From Gekko japonicus (taxonomy: Eukaryota): 64,000 nt of DNA. The notes beneath the pieces were generated by a model, which was not told where the DNA came from, ran no database searches, and was given only the letters and a program-made list of their open reading frames with translations. Made by a program: the position numbers and the translations under genes. The stretch spans positions 4,539 to 68,538 of the forward strand of contig NW_015165238.1 of assembly GCF_001447785.1 (NCBI RefSeq), written 5' to 3'. This document shows positions 36,467 to 49,446 of this stretch, one piece after another; position 1 is the first letter of the stretch, and the number at the start of each line of letters is the position of its first letter.

Positions 36467-37438
36467 ATGGAATCAGCCAACAGGACTGTTGTGAATGGTT
36501 TTATCATCCTGGGCTTTTCTGCTTCTCCACAGATCCGCATGCTGTCCTTCGTTCTAGTGTTGGCCACCTACGTTCTCACAGTAACTGCCAACGTAATCAT
36601 CATCTCACTCATTAAGACAAATCGTAAACTGCAGCGCCCCATGTATTACTTCCTGGGTAATTTCTCCTTCATGGAGATTTGGTACACAACATCCACTGTG
36701 CCCAAGATGCTGGAAAGTTTCCTGGTTGGCGGGAGTACAATCTCTGTGGCAGGCTGCATCTCCCAGCTCTACCTTTTCTTTGCCTTGGGCTCCACAGAAT
36801 GTTTCTTGTTAGTGACTATGGCCTATGACCGCTACTTGGCTATCTGCCGCCCTCTTCATTATCCAACCCTTATGACACTGCAAATAAGTACCCGGATGGT
36901 GACAGCAGCCTGGGTGGCTGGATTCCTCGCCCCCTTGGTTCCTATTGTCCTCATTTCTCAGCTCTCCTTCTGTGGGCCTAAGGAAATCCACCATTTCTTC
37001 TGTGATGCTGGGCCCCTGCTGAGGCGCTCATGTGGTGCTGCCTTTCTCAGCTCAACACTTGTGACAGTGTTGGCCTCCATGGTCATCTACAGCACCTGTT
37101 TGCTCACTATGGTGTCCTACACCTTCATCATCTTCTCCATCCTCCGTATCCCTTCAGCCAGTGGGAGACAGAAGGCATTTTCAACTTGTGGCTCGCACCT
37201 CACTGTAGTGGTCATTTTCTATGCTACAATCATTTTTGCATATGCACAGCCCATCTCCACTACTGCTTCTGAGCTGGACAAGGTGGTATCAGTCTTTTAT
37301 GCAGTAGTCACCCCACTTCTGAATCCAATGATTTACAGCCTAAGGAACAAGGAGGTCAGGGAAGCTCTGAAGAAGTTGGTGAGCAAGAAGAAGGTGTTTG
37401 TGAATAATATTGGAACTATAATCATGGTTTGCTGGTAG
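36467..37438 (+). CDS. Olfactory receptor, family 6/11-like (copy 3), 323 aa, intact
   Basis: Intact ORF with all OR motifs including KAFSTCGSHL. Acceptor CAG at 36451-36453, ATG at 36467, TAG ending at 37438. Confidence 0.96.
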   Translation: MESANRTVVNGFIILGFSASPQIRMLSFVLVLATYVLTVTANVIIISLIKTNRKLQRPMYYFLGNFSFMEIWYTTSTVPKMLESFLVGGSTISVAGCISQLYLFFALGSTECFLLVTMAYDRYLAICRPLHYPTLMTLQISTRMVTAAWVAGFLAPLVPIVLISQLSFCGPKEIHHFFCDAGPLLRRSCGAAFLSSTLVTVLASMVIYSTCLLTMVSYTFIIFSILRIPSASGRQKAFSTCGSHLTVVVIFYATIIFAYAQPISTTASELDKVVSVFYAVVTPLLNPMIYSLRNKEVREALKKLVSKKKVFVNNIGTIIMVCW

Positions 37439-37486
37439 AAAAATCTGCATTACACAGGCAACAGAGAATGTACTCTTAGCTCTGAT

Positions 37487-37692
37487 CAATGCTCCCTCTA
37501 ATCTGTGGAGTCTTGTGAGCAAAAATTCTACTTTGTGAGCTACTGGCATTAAAGTCATGAGAGAGCAATTTGGCTACTGCATAAATTAGATTGCTCTGGA
37601 GCCATCCTTCCTGAGCTAAGACAAAAATCTTTGAGCCGGAGGCTTTAAAACTGTGAGCTATCTCACACTAATTCAGCTTAGAGGGAACACTG
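37487..37692 (-). mobile_element. hAT MITE in the OR 3' flank
   Basis: Perfect TSD GCTCTGAT; empty sites near 4275 and 47095. Confidence 0.92.
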
Positions 37693-37763
37693 GCTCTGAT
37701 GTGCCAAAATTTTTCTTTGTGTGTATGGCTTGAATTGGCTTCATACTGTTTTGTCCGAGGTAT

Positions 37764-38066
37764 AAGAAGAAGAGAAGAAGAGATTGGATTTATACTCCAC
37801 CCTTCACTTGGAGTCTCAGAGTGGCTTACAAACTCCTTTCCCTTCCCCTCCCCACAACAGACACCCTGTGAGGTGGATGGGGCTGAGAGAACTCTGACAC
37901 AAACGGCTCTTTCAGGAACACCTGTCCCAGAACTTGTGACTTACCCAAGGTTACATCAGCAGGTGCAAGTGGAGGAGTGGGGAATCAAACCCGGTTCTCC
38001 CAGATTAGAGTCCACGAACTTAACCACTACACCAAACTGGCTCTCATCTACACCAAACTGGCTCTC
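37764..38066 (-). mobile_element. Squam3-type CORE SINE
   Basis: Same family as 27231; duplicated 5' head ctacaccaaactggctctca; absent in paralogs. Confidence 0.85.
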
Positions 38067-38212
38067 AGTTTGGTAACCCTTGGAAGTATAATTGCAGGCA
38101 TATGAAGATCTAGGAAGGTCTAATGGTATTTTCATCACCCTCACCTGTTAGCAGTGAGCTCTGTCCTGTAAATGGGTGGTTGGGGAATAGAGAGAAAATA
38201 AATCCATATATC

Positions 38213-38610
38213 TGGTGGAGATCCGGGCCCTGCAGGACCTTGTACAGTTTCGCAGGGCCTGTAAGATGGAGCTCTTCCACCAGGCGTACGAGTAGGAGCC
38301 GCCACTATCACCATCATTTTTGTTCCATCTTGCCTGGCCCTGGAAAAGAGAACACCTGTGTCTCCCTGGAGCAGATGACACTGAGGAACAGAGTACGAGC
38401 AATACTAGCAATAGAGCAGTGAAACATGCCATCTGTGAAATAACATCTAGAGCACTTTGTTAATAATTGGTTGTAATGTTTGTTTGTATAGTGATGGTTT
38501 TAAACTGGTTTTAAATATGTTTTATATTGGCGTATGCCCTTGTAAGCCACCCTGAGCCCGCGTAGCGGGGAGGGCGGGGTATAAATTGAATAAAATAAAT
38601 AAATAAATAA
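38213..38610 (+). mobile_element. L2-like LINE 3' fragment
   Basis: EIRALQDLVQFRRACKMELFHQAY end, (TAAA)n tail; absent in paralogs. Confidence 0.75.
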
Positions 38611-39167
38611 ATATCACTCCAAACAAATATTATATCTAAAACACTGTTTTGTCCAAAGCTAACCCCAAAAGGTATGACTGGGAAGTTATTTTGATGTGAA
38701 AAACAAGGAACTGAATTGCAAACAAATCTCTTCCACTCCAAATGTAATGCATATTTTATAACAATGGATTTCTCAGGAATACATCATCCTACTTTGATCG
38801 TGCCTCTTTCATCTCCAGTACTGGCTCCCCCGTTGGCACCTGCATCCTTGTTAACATATTTATACCACCTGGGAAATGTCTTCCATCCTACACTTTGGAG
38901 TCATCAACAGCACATCAACAGCCATATCCTACCTCCAGGATGGCTATCAAGGTCCATTCACTACTTTGATTTCCCACTAACAAACCATCAACTATTTGTC
39001 CAAAACTCTGGGAACACATTATGGGTATTGTTTTAGGAGCAAATCCATCATATTGTCTCAGGATACATTTTTCCTCTAAGTACATAGATTCGTCTCTAGT
39101 CAGAAAGCTCTTTTCTGGATGTCAACTTCTCTCCACGGACCTGAATCTTCAAGATTGGTAGATATAA

Positions 39168-39505
39168 ACTCAGTAGCTCAGAGTTTAAGATGCTGAGCTT
39201 CAGACCAGAAGGTTGGTAGTTCGGCAGTTTGAGACCCTAATACCACATAATGGAGTGAGCTCCCATCTTTTGTCCCATCTCCTGCCAACCTAGCATTCCG
39301 AAAGCAATAAATTGCAAGTAGATAAAGAGGTACTGCTTTGATGGGAAAGTAACCAAGTTCAGTGCACTTTGTTGTCTAGTCATGCCAGCCACATGACCAC
39401 AGAAATATCTTTGGACAGCACTGTCTCTTCAGCTTGGAAATGGAGATGAGCTCCACCTCCTCGGATTTGACTGGCTTTCGAGCAAGGGAAACCTTTACCT
39501 TTACT
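39168..39505 (+). mobile_element. Sauria SINE
   Basis: tRNA-like head, Sauria core, (ACCTTT)n tail that continues at 40724. Confidence 0.88.
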
Positions 39506-40722
39506 TTTTTAATATAATTATATTTATTTCAAATTTTTGTATGCATTACAACATGCATATATTCCCATCTTATACAACCATGCAACACATTTCGGAGTCT
39601 TACACTTATCTATTTAATACCATTAGTTTTTTCCTAACCATTTGTAAAAATTTTCCCATCTATTTTTAAATATCACTTCATCCTTATTTTGTAATATTAT
39701 AGTCAGTTTATCTATTTCCACCACTTCCTGTATTTTATAAATTAATTCTCTCTTGGAGGGTATTCCTCCTTGTTTCCAATACTTGGCAAATAATATACGA
39801 ACTGCTGTATTTATATAAACAATAACTTTTTCATCCTTTTTAAACTTATCCGGTAGTACATTTAACAAAAACAATTCAGGCACATAAGGTATTTCTATCC
39901 CTAAAATAGTTACTAATATTTTATGAACTTTATGCAAATATTGTTGAGTCGTAGAGCACCTCCACCACGTATGGTAAAAAGTGCCCACATTGTTTTTACA
40001 TTTCCAACAATTTTTTGACATAGTAGGATAACATTTTGCCAATTTATCCGGTGACCAGTGCCACCGGTGAAACATTTTGTATACGTCTTCCTTATAAGAG
40101 GTAGCTCACAAGTATTTCGCAGCTTTCCATACTTTGGACCAATCCTCTATGATATATCCAAAATTTTGCATTCACGTAATCATAACACTTTTCACCTCTT
40201 CGTCCAGTTCATAATCCACCAACAATAGTTTGTATAACTTCTGTATTAATTTATCACTTGTAGATAGCCATTGCTTATCCAAATCCGTTTTTTCACAATA
40301 GAACCCTTTCTTTTTATCTTTTTCAAATCTAGTTTTTAACTGCATATTTCCCCACCACGTTAATTTTATATTTTGTTTCTCTATCTTCTCCTGCGTTATT
40401 AGATTGCCCTCGTTATCCAATAATGTCTTATAACTTATCATTTTCGTAGTTGTCATTAAGGACGGTTTAATAAACGCTTCTAATGGTGATAACCACCTTT
40501 GTATTTTAACATAAAATCTATCTTTAATCTCTTGCCAGATTTTACTAGGCACTTCTCTTATCATATGCTGTTTAAATTTCGAGTCCGTTTTATCTTTTCC
40601 ATATCCTATATACACATGCCAGCCCATATCTAGATCAAAACCTTCCAAAGTTAATAGCCTCCTATTTTCTAATGTAGCCCACTCCTTTATCCATGACATT
40701 GCTGCTGCTGAGTAATATAATT
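39506..40722 (-). mobile_element. L1 ORF2 3' fragment inserted in the SINE tail
   Basis: CWKC...GTFYHTWWRC CCHC zinc knuckle; flanked by cctttac(c/t)tttt repeats. Confidence 0.88.
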
Positions 40723-41728
40723 TCCTTTACCTTTTAAACTATTTCCCCTCACTACTTTCTTTTATTTCCTGGTTAGCTCTTATGTGTATGTCCATAGTGT
40801 GTTAAAATGTGTGCTTTGCCATTTTATTACTGTTCAATAAAAATACTATCAGTTGAATAACAGCCTGGTTCATTTAAGAGTTCTATATGGGAAGAATCTC
40901 CGTAAATAAAGGTTGACATGTCCCCTCTTACTCTGTCTCATTAAAGCTAATTTCCCATCCTGAATAAGAGAATGCAGTTACATACCAAGTTACTGTTCCC
41001 AGAATCCTTTGGCAAAAACTGTGTCAGAGTGTCAGAGTGATATACAACTAATTTCAGTTTGGTGTATAGGTATAGAACAGACCCTGTGCAAGCTAGAGAT
41101 ACCAAACTTGCAGGAGACTTCCCCCTGATGCTCCTCTACGTGCCCTCCAAGTTATGTGCAGTTTGGACATAGGAGATCCAGGTTATGCCCTCCCCCACAG
41201 ATGCCCCAAGGAAAGCACTTTTGAGAAAATGTCAGGCACAGTTTCAACAATGCACGCTACATACCCCAAATGCATAGGGGACTTGATGCTTTGAAGTTGC
41301 TTTGGGAACCTGTTGCTTTGAAGTTTGGTAAACATTTTGATTAAGAGTCTGAAAATTTATCCATTCATCAACTGCCATGAAACACCATGAACCACTTAAA
41401 AGTTTGTGGAAAGTTCATGCTGATTGACCTGCCACAAACTTCAGTTCACAAACCACAAGCCACAAAATTAAGTTTATGAGCTGGTGTGTGTTTTACCACC
41501 AGTCCCAGTTCAGTCTGTTCCCCATTGACCATGTTCTCTTTCTCTTCTTGCTTATTTCTGTTATTGTTTGTAGTTATGGGTCAAAACTCAAGACAAATTT
41601 TGGACAGTTACATAGGTGTGGACCAGGATATGTCATTTTTAGGCTGAGGAAGGGCAGGGGGTATCCAGCATTACAAAGAAGGGACTCTTGCTTCATGGTT
41701 GCTCCAACTCACGGTGTGGTTGGACTGG

Positions 41729-41873
41729 GGCTGCAGTCACACACGCTAAATAATCCACTTTCAATTCACTTTCAGTGCACTTTCCAACTGGATTTTTTTT
41801 TACTTTGTGAACTTGCAAAATCCAGTTGGAAAGTGCATTGAAAGTGGATTATTTAGTGTGCGTGACCACAGCC
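41729..41873. mobile_element. Palindromic 145-bp MITE (Harbinger-like)
   Basis: Near-complete hairpin GGCTG...CAGCC; flanks TGG/TGA; empty site ggactgagggaaac near 8716. Confidence 0.85.
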
Positions 41874-42467
41874 TGAGGGAAACTTAGTACAGAGATTTTG
41901 ATCCCCTTGGCAAAAATAAAACCATGGTCTCCTCTGGGTCAGAGAAGTAGCAAAAGGAAGGAGAAACTCTTAATTCTTACTAACCTAGGCTTTTCTGAAA
42001 CTTTTTGCAGCCTCTCCTGCAGCCTAATTTAGGATATGGGTTGTCAGTTGTCATATCCTGCAGAAGCAGATATCAAGACTATCTGGTTCAGGGCTAAACA
42101 TCTCAGCCATGGAACCAAGTGTGGAACCATACGATGATGTAAACTTTTTGAGCTTTCTATCTAATCTTGCATCTAGGATTTCCTAGACTATAACAGGCAG
42201 AGACAGCCTGACACTTACTGGGACACTGTGCCTCACATGGACAACCAAAGTATAGGAACTAAAACAGGCATACTGGTTTGGCAGGGAGGTAAAATAAAAA
42301 GGACAACAGATGATAAGAAGTGTTATTTCTTAGATAGTATTACAATAAGAATAACATTTTATTTCTATTTAATGCCCCTCCATTCCATTAAAACAAAAAT
42401 ACACCCAGCTGTGTCAGTTTATGAAACATCTGGAGCTACTAGGAACATGAGCTGCAGTGGTCTACAG

Positions 42468-43291
42468 TACAGTATAAGTATAAGTTTATTGTCTTAGCCA
42501 TAGGCCATAACATAATACATCAGACTATAAAATAGTAATGTAAACAATAAAAAAACAGTATACTCCAATACTCCTTCTACTTTGCATTAAATACTAAACT
42601 CATTCTGATTTTCCTTGTTGCTAAGGCAAATCACGCCATTCTGCTAGAGATATAGTGGTCAAGATCCGAGAGTAAAAATTTGACCAGATCTAGATCGGAG
42701 AGTCCATTATGCTGCGGACTAATAGGAATGATGTACTTTAGCCTAGGGGCTTCATGCCATGGGCAACTCAGAATATAATGTACAATATCATCAACTTCCC
42801 CCATATCACAAAGACAAAGTCTAAGGGGGGGCAGGGATACCAAAGAAATGTCCAGTCCTCATCATTGAGGGCATGGATTGAAATCTTAAAGCTGTAAAGC
42901 TGATCTTAATTCCAGGCTGGTTAACTTCTCTAAATGCAGGGACCTACAATGATCCCTTTTTAAAAACTTGAATAATGGAGCCGTAAGACAACGTGCCATC
43001 ACATCCTGATCCTTAAGCCCATCCTTTTTGAACACCCATTCCTTCAGTTCCCATGCTTGAGTTTTATTCCTTAATAGATCATCAGGAATTGCAAATTTCA
43101 ATTGAATCGAGGCCAAATGGTCACCTAATCTCTTGGAGGCTTTCAGGTGCAAACTAAAACTTAAACCCGCAGGGAATCCTGGGGTCATTCTAAACATTTT
43201 CTCCAATAAAATAGAATTCTGACAGTGACTCTGGCATTCAACGAGGTAATTCCCAGTTCAGCTCTCATTAATGCCATTGGTGCACCCCTTG
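42468..43291 (-). mobile_element. RTE-X-like LINE 3' fragment nested in an L2-like fragment (42449-43620)
   Basis: CLC...HYILSCP CCHC motif, short tandem tail, 14-bp TSD GCAGTGGTCTACAG. Confidence 0.8.
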
Positions 43292-43627
43292 GCAGTGGTC
43301 TACAGCTTTCCTAAGTACCCATTGTTTTAATTATTATACTGTTTTAGTGTGTTTTAAATGAAACTGTATATATTATACTGATGTTACTCGCTCTGAGCCC
43401 GTCCACAGGATGGGCGGAATATGAATGCAAATAATAAATGTATAAAATAAATAAATATTAAGCACTGCATTTATACTGTTTTTATCTACTGTTATTTATT
43501 AAATTGTTTTAATGTAGTTGTATGAGATTGTATATTATTTGTTGTAAGCCACCTTGAGCCGTCCTTGTAGGGAAGGGCAGCCTATTGAATCTAATATAAT
43601 AAATAAATAAATAATTAAATAAATTTT

Positions 43628-44045
43628 CTAAAATCCTAGTGTTGACCAGTATTTCTGAGTCCACTTCCTCAGGGCTTCCTTCACCTCCTTATTCCTCAAA
43701 CTGTATATTAAGGGATTGATCATCAGTGTCATGACAGTATAGAAAAAGGAGAACACTTTTCATGATCCCTTTAGTAAGGGGCCTTCTGGAAGGAGATACA
43801 GAATCATTAAGGTGCCATAAAAATGGTAACTACAAGAAGGTGGGAGGAGCAGGTGGAAAATGCCTCTTGTCTCCCCCGGGGTTGAGAGGAATCTTAGGAT
43901 GACTGATATGATGCAAATGTAAGAGGTGATGTTCAATGGAAATGGAGGGAAAATGAATACAGAACACAATACAAAAACTGCCTCCATAACCAGAGATATG
44001 TCACTACAGGCCAACTTTATCAGTGGTACAAAATCACAGAAGAAA
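43628..44045 (-). pseudogene. 3' half of an OR11A1-like paralog of 52004-52951
   Basis: Aligns to about 52004-52421 from FFCDFVP to the stop codon. Has a 1-bp deletion near 43820 and an in-frame TGA near 43760; the 5' half is missing. Confidence 0.92.
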
Positions 44046-44059
44046 AGTTGGATATCTGC

Positions 44060-44411
44060 TGCAGTGGTAGAAGTTTGCTCCAGCAGATGTAAGACAAAAG
44101 AAGGAAGCAGAAAATAAGTTGAGGCCAAGAAAAGTTCATTTTAAAAGTTTCTTGCCCTTGTGTAATTGGCACATCTCCAAAAGCAAGGGTGTGATTCACA
44201 GCCATATATATCAGTCTCTCATGTTCTTATACAGAACCATCCACCTTCAACAACGCTTTTTATCCAGTGCAAGGGTGTTATTCTTCATCTGTGGCACACC
44301 TTATTTCTCCTTTTTGTCTTTGTTTTTCTGACCATACTTTGTCACCTTTCTGTTTCTGGGTTTATCTTTTGGAAGTGAGCAACCTTCAGTGGTTTCATCA
44401 CCCAGGTAAGT
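44060..44411 (+). promoter_or_regulatory. Putative OR promoter / 5' UTR exon (copy C) for the 46360 gene
   Basis: CAG|GTAAGT at 44405/44406; homologous to copies A and B. Confidence 0.55.
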
Positions 44412-45360
44412 AAATTGCAACCTCAATGTCACCAATGATTTGTAATGTAGATTATCGTGGAATATTTACTTAGTCCCCTTTCTCAATGTGCTCATAGTCC
44501 TACTGCATGACTGGTTCTATGATTTCCCCCTCCTCCTCCTCCCCCTTTCCCCATACACTATTGTTTGGTACTATTAGTTTGGTCCTTGATAAGAACCTCT
44601 GTAATGCTTATTTTATTCATAGCAATCCTATTCCTTTTGTGTATATTAAAAAGGGGGGAGATGGGTTGGATAAATATATTATTTAGAACATCTCCCCCCC
44701 CATTTCGCCTTTAATTCAACAAATCTCAAAGTTCCATGCCTCCTGGAATGTATTCAATCCTTTGATGGAATTTAGTGTATTGCATTCAGGGGTCCCATTT
44801 TCTTTTTGGTCCGTTAAGAATATATTCAGTCATCATAAGGAATTTGGGGTGTGTGGGACAGGGGTCTCATTTTCTTTTGGACAATTTAGAAAGTCATATT
44901 AATCTGCATACCTGGGGGAGAATATGTGAATTATCTGATTACGCTGCTTTTGTGATGAGCAACAAGTTAACTGCTTGTATAGCTAGATACAGCAAATGTA
45001 TATCATTTTTTTTACAAAAAATCCCTTAATGGCTAGGTTACTTCCAACTTACTATTTCTATTATATTTCCCCCTTCTTACTATTTTTTCTCAACTATTTT
45101 TTCAGAATATAATTTAATACCCTATTTCTGGAATTTGAAAAGAATATATTAAATATTTAGGCAGACCTTTTAGATTCACCCGTACAAAAGAAAGTGTGCT
45201 ATTGTTCTAGTGAGTGTTCTGCAGCGAACATGGTGAAAGAAGTGACTCCACAGTTCAGAGATTTGGCAAAAATCTTGATGTATAGCATTTCCATTATGAT
45301 CAACATTTTTGCACCCATGACATTTTCAGGTGATCAGTATTGACACACATGCATCAAATT

Positions 45361-45446
45361 TGTTGTTGTTCAGTCGCACAGTCGAGTCCGACTCTTCGCG
45401 GCCCCATGGACCAGATCACACCAGGCGTTCGGGTCTTCCGCCGTCC
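45361..45446 (-). mobile_element. BovB extreme 3' fragment
   Basis: (CAA)n tail, 11-bp TSD TGCATCAAATT, empty site near 32573. Confidence 0.9.
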
Positions 45447-46359
45447 TGCATCAAATTACTGACATCAAAATGGACTATATTTCTGACACTGTAGGAATCC
45501 AGGTATTTTAAAATGTTAAGGTAAATTGTGTGCTCTAGCAACACTCTCAATAAGTATTATTCTCTTTTACCTTATATATTTATTGTATTGTCTCAATACT
45601 CGTGGTTTAAAATTCTCTTTCTATAACAATTTAATTTTATTTAATAATGCTTCTACTGTTTCATTCCACTCAAGTGTGTTATATGGATATTTAGCACTCT
45701 CCCACTTTTTAAAATTGATCTGATTTCCCATTAACTGCCTCAGATACAGTTAACTGCCTTTCTCCACTTTTGTAGGAAATGCTGTTTCATTTCCCCCTCA
45801 GTCTGTTTTGAAAACAACTTCCTCTCTTCCATGTTATCTTTTTTCTCATATAGGTTATACTGTTATTAATCCCTTGTGTCTTACTCAGTGAATTTGACAG
45901 GAGGCCTTCACCTGCAGCTGCCTTTGTTCACTGTTTCTGCCTGGGAATACTAAAATCACTTTGCTTAAGCTTTACCGAAAGATTTTTGTTGCTTGGTTTT
46001 ATTCAACTTGTTTTTAATAGTGGTTTCTTATTCTCATACCATNNNNNNNNNNNNNNNNNNNNNNNNNNNNNNNNNNNNNNNNNNNNNNNNNNNNNNNNNN
46101 NNNNNNNNNNNNNNNNNNNNNNNNNNNNNNNNNNNNNNNNNNNNNNNNNNNNNNNNNNNNNNNNNNNNNNNNNNNNNNNNNNNNNNNNNNNNNNNNNNNN
46201 NNNNNNNNNNNNNNNNNNNNNNNNNNNNNNNNNNNNNNNNNNNNNNNNNNNNNNNNNNNNNNNNNNNNNNNNNNNNNNNNNNNNNNNNNNNNNNNNNNNN
46301 NNNNNNNNNNNNNNNNNNNNNNNNNNNNNNNNNNNNNNNNNNNNNNNNNNNNNNNNNNT

Positions 46360-47052
46360 GTGGCAGGCTGCATCTCCCAGCTCTACCTTTTCTTTGCCTT
46401 GGCTTCCACTGAATGTTTCTTGTTAGTGACTATGGCCTATGACCGCTACTTGGCTATCTGCCGCCCTCTTCATTATCCAACCCTTATGACACTGCAAATA
46501 AGTACCCGGATGGTGACAGCAGCCTGGGTGGCTGGATTCCTCGCCCCCTTGGTTCCTATTGTCCTCATTTCTCAGCTTTCCTTCTGTGGGCCTAAGGAAA
46601 TCCATCATTTCTTCTGTGATGTTGGGCCCCTGCTGAGGCGCTCATGTGGTTCTGCCTTTCTCAGCTCAACACTTGTGACAGTGTTGGCCTCCATGGTCAT
46701 CCTCAGCACTTGTGCATTCACCATGGTGTCCTACACCTTCATCATCTTCTCCATCCTCCGTATCCCTTCAGCCAGTGGGAGACAGAAGGCAGTTTCAACT
46801 TGTGGCTCACACCTCACTGTGGTGGCCATTTTCTATGCCACAACCATTTTTACATATGCACGACCCATCTCCACTACTGCTTCTGAGCTGGACAAGGTGG
46901 TATCAGTCTTTTATGCAGTAGTCACCCCACTTCTGAATCCAATGATTTACAGCCTAAGGAACAAGGAGGTCAGGGAAGCTCTGAAGAAACTGGTGAGCAG
47001 GAAGCAGGTGTTTGTGAAGAATATTGGAACTGTAATCATGGTTTGCTGGTAG
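46360..47052 (+). CDS. Olfactory receptor, family 6/11-like (copy 4), 5' part hidden in assembly gap
   Basis: Open frame from TM3 to the stop codon, near-identical to copy 3. The N-terminal ~93 codons would fall in gap 46043-46358. Confidence 0.85.
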   Translation: MAGCISQLYLFFALASTECFLLVTMAYDRYLAICRPLHYPTLMTLQISTRMVTAAWVAGFLAPLVPIVLISQLSFCGPKEIHHFFCDVGPLLRRSCGSAFLSSTLVTVLASMVILSTCAFTMVSYTFIIFSILRIPSASGRQKAVSTCGSHLTVVAIFYATTIFTYARPISTTASELDKVVSVFYAVVTPLLNPMIYSLRNKEVREALKKLVSRKQVFVKNIGTVIMVCW

Positions 47053-47342
47053 AAAAAACTGCATTATACAGGCAAGAGAGAATGTACTCTTAGCTCTGAT
47101 GTGCCAGCATTTCTCTTTGTGTGTATGGCTTGAATTGACTTCATACTGTTTTGTCCCAGGTAACCCTTGGAAGTATAATTGCAGGCATATGAANNNNNNN
47201 NNNNNNNNNNNNNNNNNNNNNNNNNNNNNNNNNNNNNNNNNNNNNNNNNNNNNNNNNNNNNNNNNNNNNNNNNNNNNNNNNNNNNNNNNNNNNNNNNNNN
47301 NNNNNNNNNNNNNNNNNNNNNNNNNNNNNNNNNNNNNNNNNN

Positions 47343-48262
47343 CATGTAAAATCAGTAGAATAAGAACTTTGTCAAGCTAAAATTACATCTATAAATCTTA
47401 GAGCACACCAATATTAAGAATAGTTTCTTGGTACCAAAATCTTAGACAAAGATTCAGCAATCTGTACAGTCACTTCTGGTATCTTATCAGCAAGGAGAAA
47501 CCTGATTGCATTATCAGAATTAATCCTAGACAGTAAGGACTTAATCAAAAATAGTCGGAGATGTGAATGGAAGGGGCAGTGTAGCAGAATATGATCTAAG
47601 GTACCGGGTTCTCTAAGTGAGCATTTGCAGATTCTGTCACATTTTGGAATGCCGCTATATCTAACTGAGACCCAGGATGAGCGGAAAACATTGAATCTGG
47701 CCAGCATAAAGGCTATGTGTTGCAGCGGGATCACCAGATTAGAGAAGTTTTGGGCCATACTATTTGGTGCATATCTGAGGCCAAAGGAAAGGGGGGAACA
47801 AGTGCCCCCAGCACCAGCCTGGATTGTTTGGGCTTCGATGTCCCAAATTCTTTTACAAATCGTCCGGTATATAAAGGTCTCATCTTGATTTTCCAAGATG
47901 TCCAGGTCAATGCCAATTGAATGTATTTTAGAAGTTACCACTTGGATACATATGGGTCTATAGTCAAGAGTACAATAAGGCTATACTGAGGGGCACTAAA
48001 ATGGATGTGGAGCCAATATTTAATAGTGGTGATCCATGCCCGCGAGACTAGCAGATGGGGACCCAGCTCAGCACAGAGAGAACAATAGGTAACAGAGTTA
48101 GGTAGTCCAAGAATGCATCACAAGAAGATTGCATAAGTTCAGTCAATCTCTTTATTAAAACTCTGAATCCACACAGGGATTCCATAAAGTAAGTGAAAGA
48201 CTACTGTGGCCTGGAAAATTTGAAGGGTGGCCGGGACTAACTGGTTTCCCTACTGGTAATAA
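47343..48262 (-). mobile_element. RTE-X-like LINE 3' fragment
   Basis: RICKC...HILLHCP CCHC motif; absent in paralogs; left end lies in a gap. Confidence 0.75.
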
Positions 48263-49446
48263 AATCTAGCACTATTTTCATCACCCTCACCTGTTAGCAG
48301 TCAGCTCTGTCTGGGTAGTTGGGAACTAGAGAGAAAATAAGGCCATATACCCTTCCAAATATATATTATACTTAAAACACTGCATTGTCCAAAGGTAACC
48401 CCAAAAGGTATAACTGGGAAGTTATTTTGATGTGAAAAACAAGGAATTGAATTGCAAAGAAATCTCTTCTATCCTTAAGGTAATGCATATTTTATAACAA
48501 TGGATTTCTCAGGAAAACAGCATCCTACTTTGATAATGCCAATTTCATTCCCAATCCTGGCTCCCCCACTGGCATCTACACCCTTGTTAGCATATTTATA
48601 GCACCTGAGACGTGTCTTCTACCCTACACATTGAGTCATCAATGCACATCAATAGCCATATCCTAGCTCCAGGAAAGAGAGAGGCCTGAATCTTCAAGAC
48701 CAGTAAATATATCCTATCCTAAACTACTCCCCCTCTCTACTTTCTTTTATTTCCTGGTTAGCTCTTATGTTCATGTTCATAGTGTGTTGCAATATGTGCT
48801 TCGGCATTTTATTACTGTTTAATAAAAGAAACACTATCAGTTGAACACAAGCCTGGTTCATTTGCGAGTTCTCTATGGGAAGAATCTCCATTAACAATGG
48901 TGGAGATTTTGCTAGTTGCTCTGTCCCCTCTTGCTCTGTCTCATTAAAGCTAATTTCCCATCCTCAATAAGAGAAAGCAGTTACATACCCAGTTACTGTT
49001 CCCTAAAACTGTGTCAGAGTGATATACAACTAATTTCAGCTTGTGCTATAGGTATAGAACGGATCCTGTGTAAGCCAGAGACACTAAAATCACAGGGGAC
49101 CTCCCTCTGATTCTCCTCTACCTCCCCTCCAAGTTATATGCAGTTTGGACTTAGGGGATCCAGGTTATGCCCCCCCAAAGAAGATGCCCCAAGGAAGATG
49201 CTTTTGGGGGAAATGCCAGACAGTTTCAAAAATGCAAACTACACACACCAAATGCACAGGGAGCCAGCTGCTTTGAAGTTGTTTTTGGAGCCTGTTGCTT
49301 TGAAGTTTGGTTAGCATTTTGATTGTGAAGACAGTCTGAAAATTTATCCATTTACCAACTGCCATGAACCACCATTAGCCACTTAAAAGTTTGTGTAAAG
49401 TTCATGCTGATTGACCTGCCACAAACATCCAATCACAAACCACAAG

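Larger units (their letters stand above)
30095..44045 (+). repeat. Segmental duplication unit 3 (promoter, OR+, spacer, truncated OR-)
   Basis: Collinear homology to 15275-22155, 1975-9597 and 44060-52421. Confidence 0.88.
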
